Assembly: GCF_000711695.1 (NCBI RefSeq)
Contig: NW_013547018.1
Location: 248,001-312,000 of the forward strand
From: Tilletiaria anomala UBC 951
Lineage: Eukaryota
Reading direction: 5' to 3'
Length of the DNA: 64,000 nt
The notes under the pieces are model-generated. The model did no database searches and was not told the origin of the DNA. It saw only the letters and a program-made list of their open reading frames with translations. Shown in pieces: positions 61,373 through 64,000 of this stretch. A program made the translations under genes and the position numbers. The first letter of the stretch is position 1; each line of letters begins with the position of its first letter.

Positions 61373-61859
61373 TCATTGCGGTGGTTGTTGGGACGACATC
61401 AATTTTGCTATCACGGAAAAGCATGTTCGGAAGCGTTAGCACAACAGAGAGAGAATCCTGTAGATGAAGCCGCCTGAATCCTCACCATTCTCCTCTGCAA
61501 ATCTTGCCCCTACCCGCTCGGCATGCTTCAGGAACTTCAGCGTACAGTGCTCGATGCATTTATCCTCCTTTGTTGTTAATGCTCTGCTGGTAAAATCGTT
61601 GCAGCAGTTGTTGAAGCATCTCTCGACAAGGTTCGTGTACAGCTGCATAAAGTCTTTCATCTGCTTCTGCTCGATGATTCGCGCCATGCCCGCCTGTTCG
61701 GCGGAAGACATGTGCGAGACTGGTGCCCGATCATGACAAGTCAGACGGGTTGCGTGGTGGACATGTGAATAAATCATTGAGCAGGGTCAACATTGGTCAG
61801 ACGCAGGGCCGAGGAGGAAGCGAGTCATGCCTTGGCAAGCAAGAAGACTCACAGTCCAT
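61373..61859 (-). CDS. TIM9: Mitochondrial intermembrane-space chaperone Tim9 (3 exons, 7-nt first coding exon)
   Basis: [50 protein letters not shown] (twin CX3C)..[25 protein letters not shown]. Confidence 0.93.
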
Positions 61860-62339
61860 GTTTCCGGTCCTTGCTTACGGGCCGGGTGATACACACCGAG
61901 CTGGCTCACTTCTACTCTGGAGCCTGTCGAACTTCCCTACGGCAATGATGCATGGCATGGATGACGAATGTGAACGGTCGAGTCACAGCCAAGGCCCACC
62001 CCACTGCACAGAAGATATGTAGAGCAAGACTATTTTGGCTGGAGAGACGATCAGCAGCAGGGCGCAAGCCTGGAGCAAGCGAAGTGGAAAAAGTTCTTTC
62101 CGCTCCGCTGGCCGTCACACTTTTTTTGTGAGAAGAGGGAGATGGTCACACATACGTCTTTCAAGATTAGGTGCGAAGTTTATATTACGACCATCCGTGC
62201 GTCCTTCCTGTTCCATCGCCTCCACGCATCTGTCTCTTCCTCTTTCACAGGGCAGACGGGTTGACATTTCAGCAGCAAACGACACCGCACATCCAAAAGA
62301 GACACCCATTTTACCGTCACCTGAACGCATATATGCACC

Positions 62340-63326
62340 ATGGCGGTCCGTTGCCAATTCGAAAACTCATCCGAGATCGGCGTGTTTGCACGCCTCACCA
62401 ATTCTTATTGCCTCGTCGCCATCGGAGGCTCTGCCAACTTTTACGGCACATTCGACGCAGAGCTTGGAGACCTCATTCCGGTAGTACATTGCTCGATCGC
62501 TGGAACGCGATTAGTCGGAAGGCTCACAGTTGGCAACCGGCATGGGCTGCTCGTACCCAGCACGACGACTGATCAAGAGCTGCAACATTTGCGAAATAGT
62601 CTGCCGGACAGCATTGCGATACAGAGAGTGGAGGAGCGACTGAGTGCGCTCGGAAATGTAATTGCTTGCAATGGTGGGTGTGCAAAGTCCACCTGCTGGA
62701 CTTATCTCCTCTGTGGTCAGAAGCTATGGCTAATTCTAGCAAGTATCAATCCCCAGATTACGTTGCAGTCGTCCATCCAGACCTTGATCGGGAAACGGAA
62801 GAGATTATCGCAGACGTGCTGAAGGTCGAAGTATTCAGGCAAACAGTAGGGTGAGCACACATTGCTTTCTAAATCATCGAAAGACCCACGCTGACAGCCC
62901 CTTCACCTGCCTGTATTCTCAGCGACAACGTGCTGGTTGGGTCGTACGCAGCCATCACCAATCAAGGCGCGCTGGTACACCCACGAACCTCGATTCAGGA
63001 TCAAGATGAGCTCTCCTCATTATTGCAAGTCCCGCTCGTCGCAGGGACAGTGAACCGCGGTAGCGATCTTGTCGGCGCAGGGTTACTCGTGAATGACTGG
63101 GCAGCGTTCTGCGGGTTTGACAGTGAGTCTGATGCAACATCCGGAGAGTTTTCAAGTGGAGAGAGGTCGTCTGAGGGTGCTCACACAACCCTCCTTGCGA
63201 TCCCCTTCTCTATCAGCGACTGCAACTGAGATCTCAGTGATTGAGGCGACGTTCAAGCTCTCAGGGCAAGAGAGCGGGCGCGTCGTCAACGAGCTTCGCG
63301 ATGCTCTGGTCGACACCTATGCATAG
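62340..63326 (+). CDS. TIF6: Translation initiation factor eIF6 (4 exons)
   Basis: [70 protein letters not shown]. Confidence 0.96.
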
Positions 63327-63638
63327 AGAATTGTTATTGTACTGACACTACACAAGTGCATCTCATTTCCTTGCAATGCCTGCCAAGTGAAGAATAAAAG
63401 AACTTGGGCCATGGGTCTGTTTCAAGTGCGAAGCATTCGCAGGTTGAAGTGCAGCTGGTCAAACCCCGGCCCACAAGGTGCCTGTGCTAGTGACACCCGA
63501 TGATGTTGCATTCGTGGCACCCAGTCCTGGCACTACACATGCGCGCTCGCTACCGCCTCTCGCCTTGACTATCCCCACCAGTCCCATTTGGGCATCTTCA
63601 TTGGCATGTTTTCGAGCCCACTGGCTCTGGTCGTGCTT

Positions 63639-63986
63639 TTACACTTTCACTGTTAAAAAGTATAAATATAGATGCCACTTCGCTGTGCACCGAGGGCCGG
63701 TGGTCGAAATGTGGGCGCTGTCAAAGGGATGCCTTTCTGCCGAATCTGCAGGCACATCGAATACTCGCAAACCAGCTTCAAAGCGAGAAGGCCGAGCAGA
63801 CGAGCGCATAGCTCGATCAAACGAGTCGAAAAGCTCAACCCATCGACGCCACCGGAAGTGGAACTCTTCTCCGCATCCCATCTGCTCCACCTGTCCCAGT
63901 ATGCCGCCAAGGATACCACCGAATGTCTGGGTCGGAGTCCACCGTACACCCGCGCGGCCATCCTCTGTTGTTATGGCGTGTAAGGG
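63639..63986 (-). CDS. Probable 3' end of an unidentified gene entering from beyond the window
   Basis: Acceptor TAG at 63989-63987, then the open frame PLHAITTEDGRAGVRWTP...FRWRRWVELFDSFDRAMR..., ending AKWHLYLYFLTVKV* (possible weak-donor intron 63772-63683). No family recognised. Confidence 0.3.
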   Translation of the reverse strand, partial: PLHAITTEDGRAGVRWTPTQTFGGILGGILGQVEQMGCGEEFHFRWRRWVELFDSFDRAMRSSARPSRFEAGLRVFDVPADSAERHPFDSAHISTTGPRCTAKWHLYLYFLTVKV

Positions 63987-64000
63987 CTAGTTACAAAGCA

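Noticed and set aside
1..64000. Cryptic peroxisomal isoforms via TGA-CTA readthrough or intron retention (known in smut fungi)
   Set aside because: None of the stop codons I inspected has the TGA CTA context or a downstream in-frame SKL-like terminus.
1..64000. Transposons, tRNA/rRNA genes, CRISPR arrays
   Set aside because: No transposase or RT motifs, terminal repeats, cloverleaf-compatible T-loops or spaced direct repeats seen by eye. tRNAscan-SE and RepeatMasker would be needed to exclude small or degenerate copies.

Overview
Gene-dense, intron-containing eukaryotic DNA. GT-AG introns with GCTGAC/GCTAAC-type branch points and the protein sequences point to a basidiomycete, most plausibly a smut-related Ustilaginomycotina species (inference). 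I assembled 26 protein-coding loci by hand, mostly conserved housekeeping genes, in this order: GAD1 (5' part), PUS4, YVH1, a Mid2-like sensor, class III chitin synthase, a Ycf1-like ABCC transporter, a GEN1/Yen1-like nuclease, an unknown membrane protein, ATP7, CWC21, GNA1, a Pil1-like protein, URM1, UBP15, SPC98, the PKA regulatory subunit, a 2OG-Fe(II) dioxygenase, a UBL-WLM protease, a 1-Cys peroxiredoxin, TSPO, zeta-COP, FMN1, THR4, TIM9, TIF6 and a tentative partial gene at the right edge. I found no transposon, CRISPR array, tRNA/rRNA gene or secondary-metabolite cluster, and no clearly new multi-gene system. The best leads are at the RNA-processing level: (1) a 247-nt AG-free zone with a distant branch point and an in-frame alternative start in chitin synthase intron 1; (2) a long, alternatively foldable GNA1 intron with competing splice signals that would give a premature stop; (3) a probable 550-nt 5'UTR intron of the peroxiredoxin gene that creates an overlapping uORF; (4) a candidate box C/D snoRNA; (5) a dual-start, RGG-bearing Pus4. 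All exon boundaries were read by eye and need RNA-seq confirmation.
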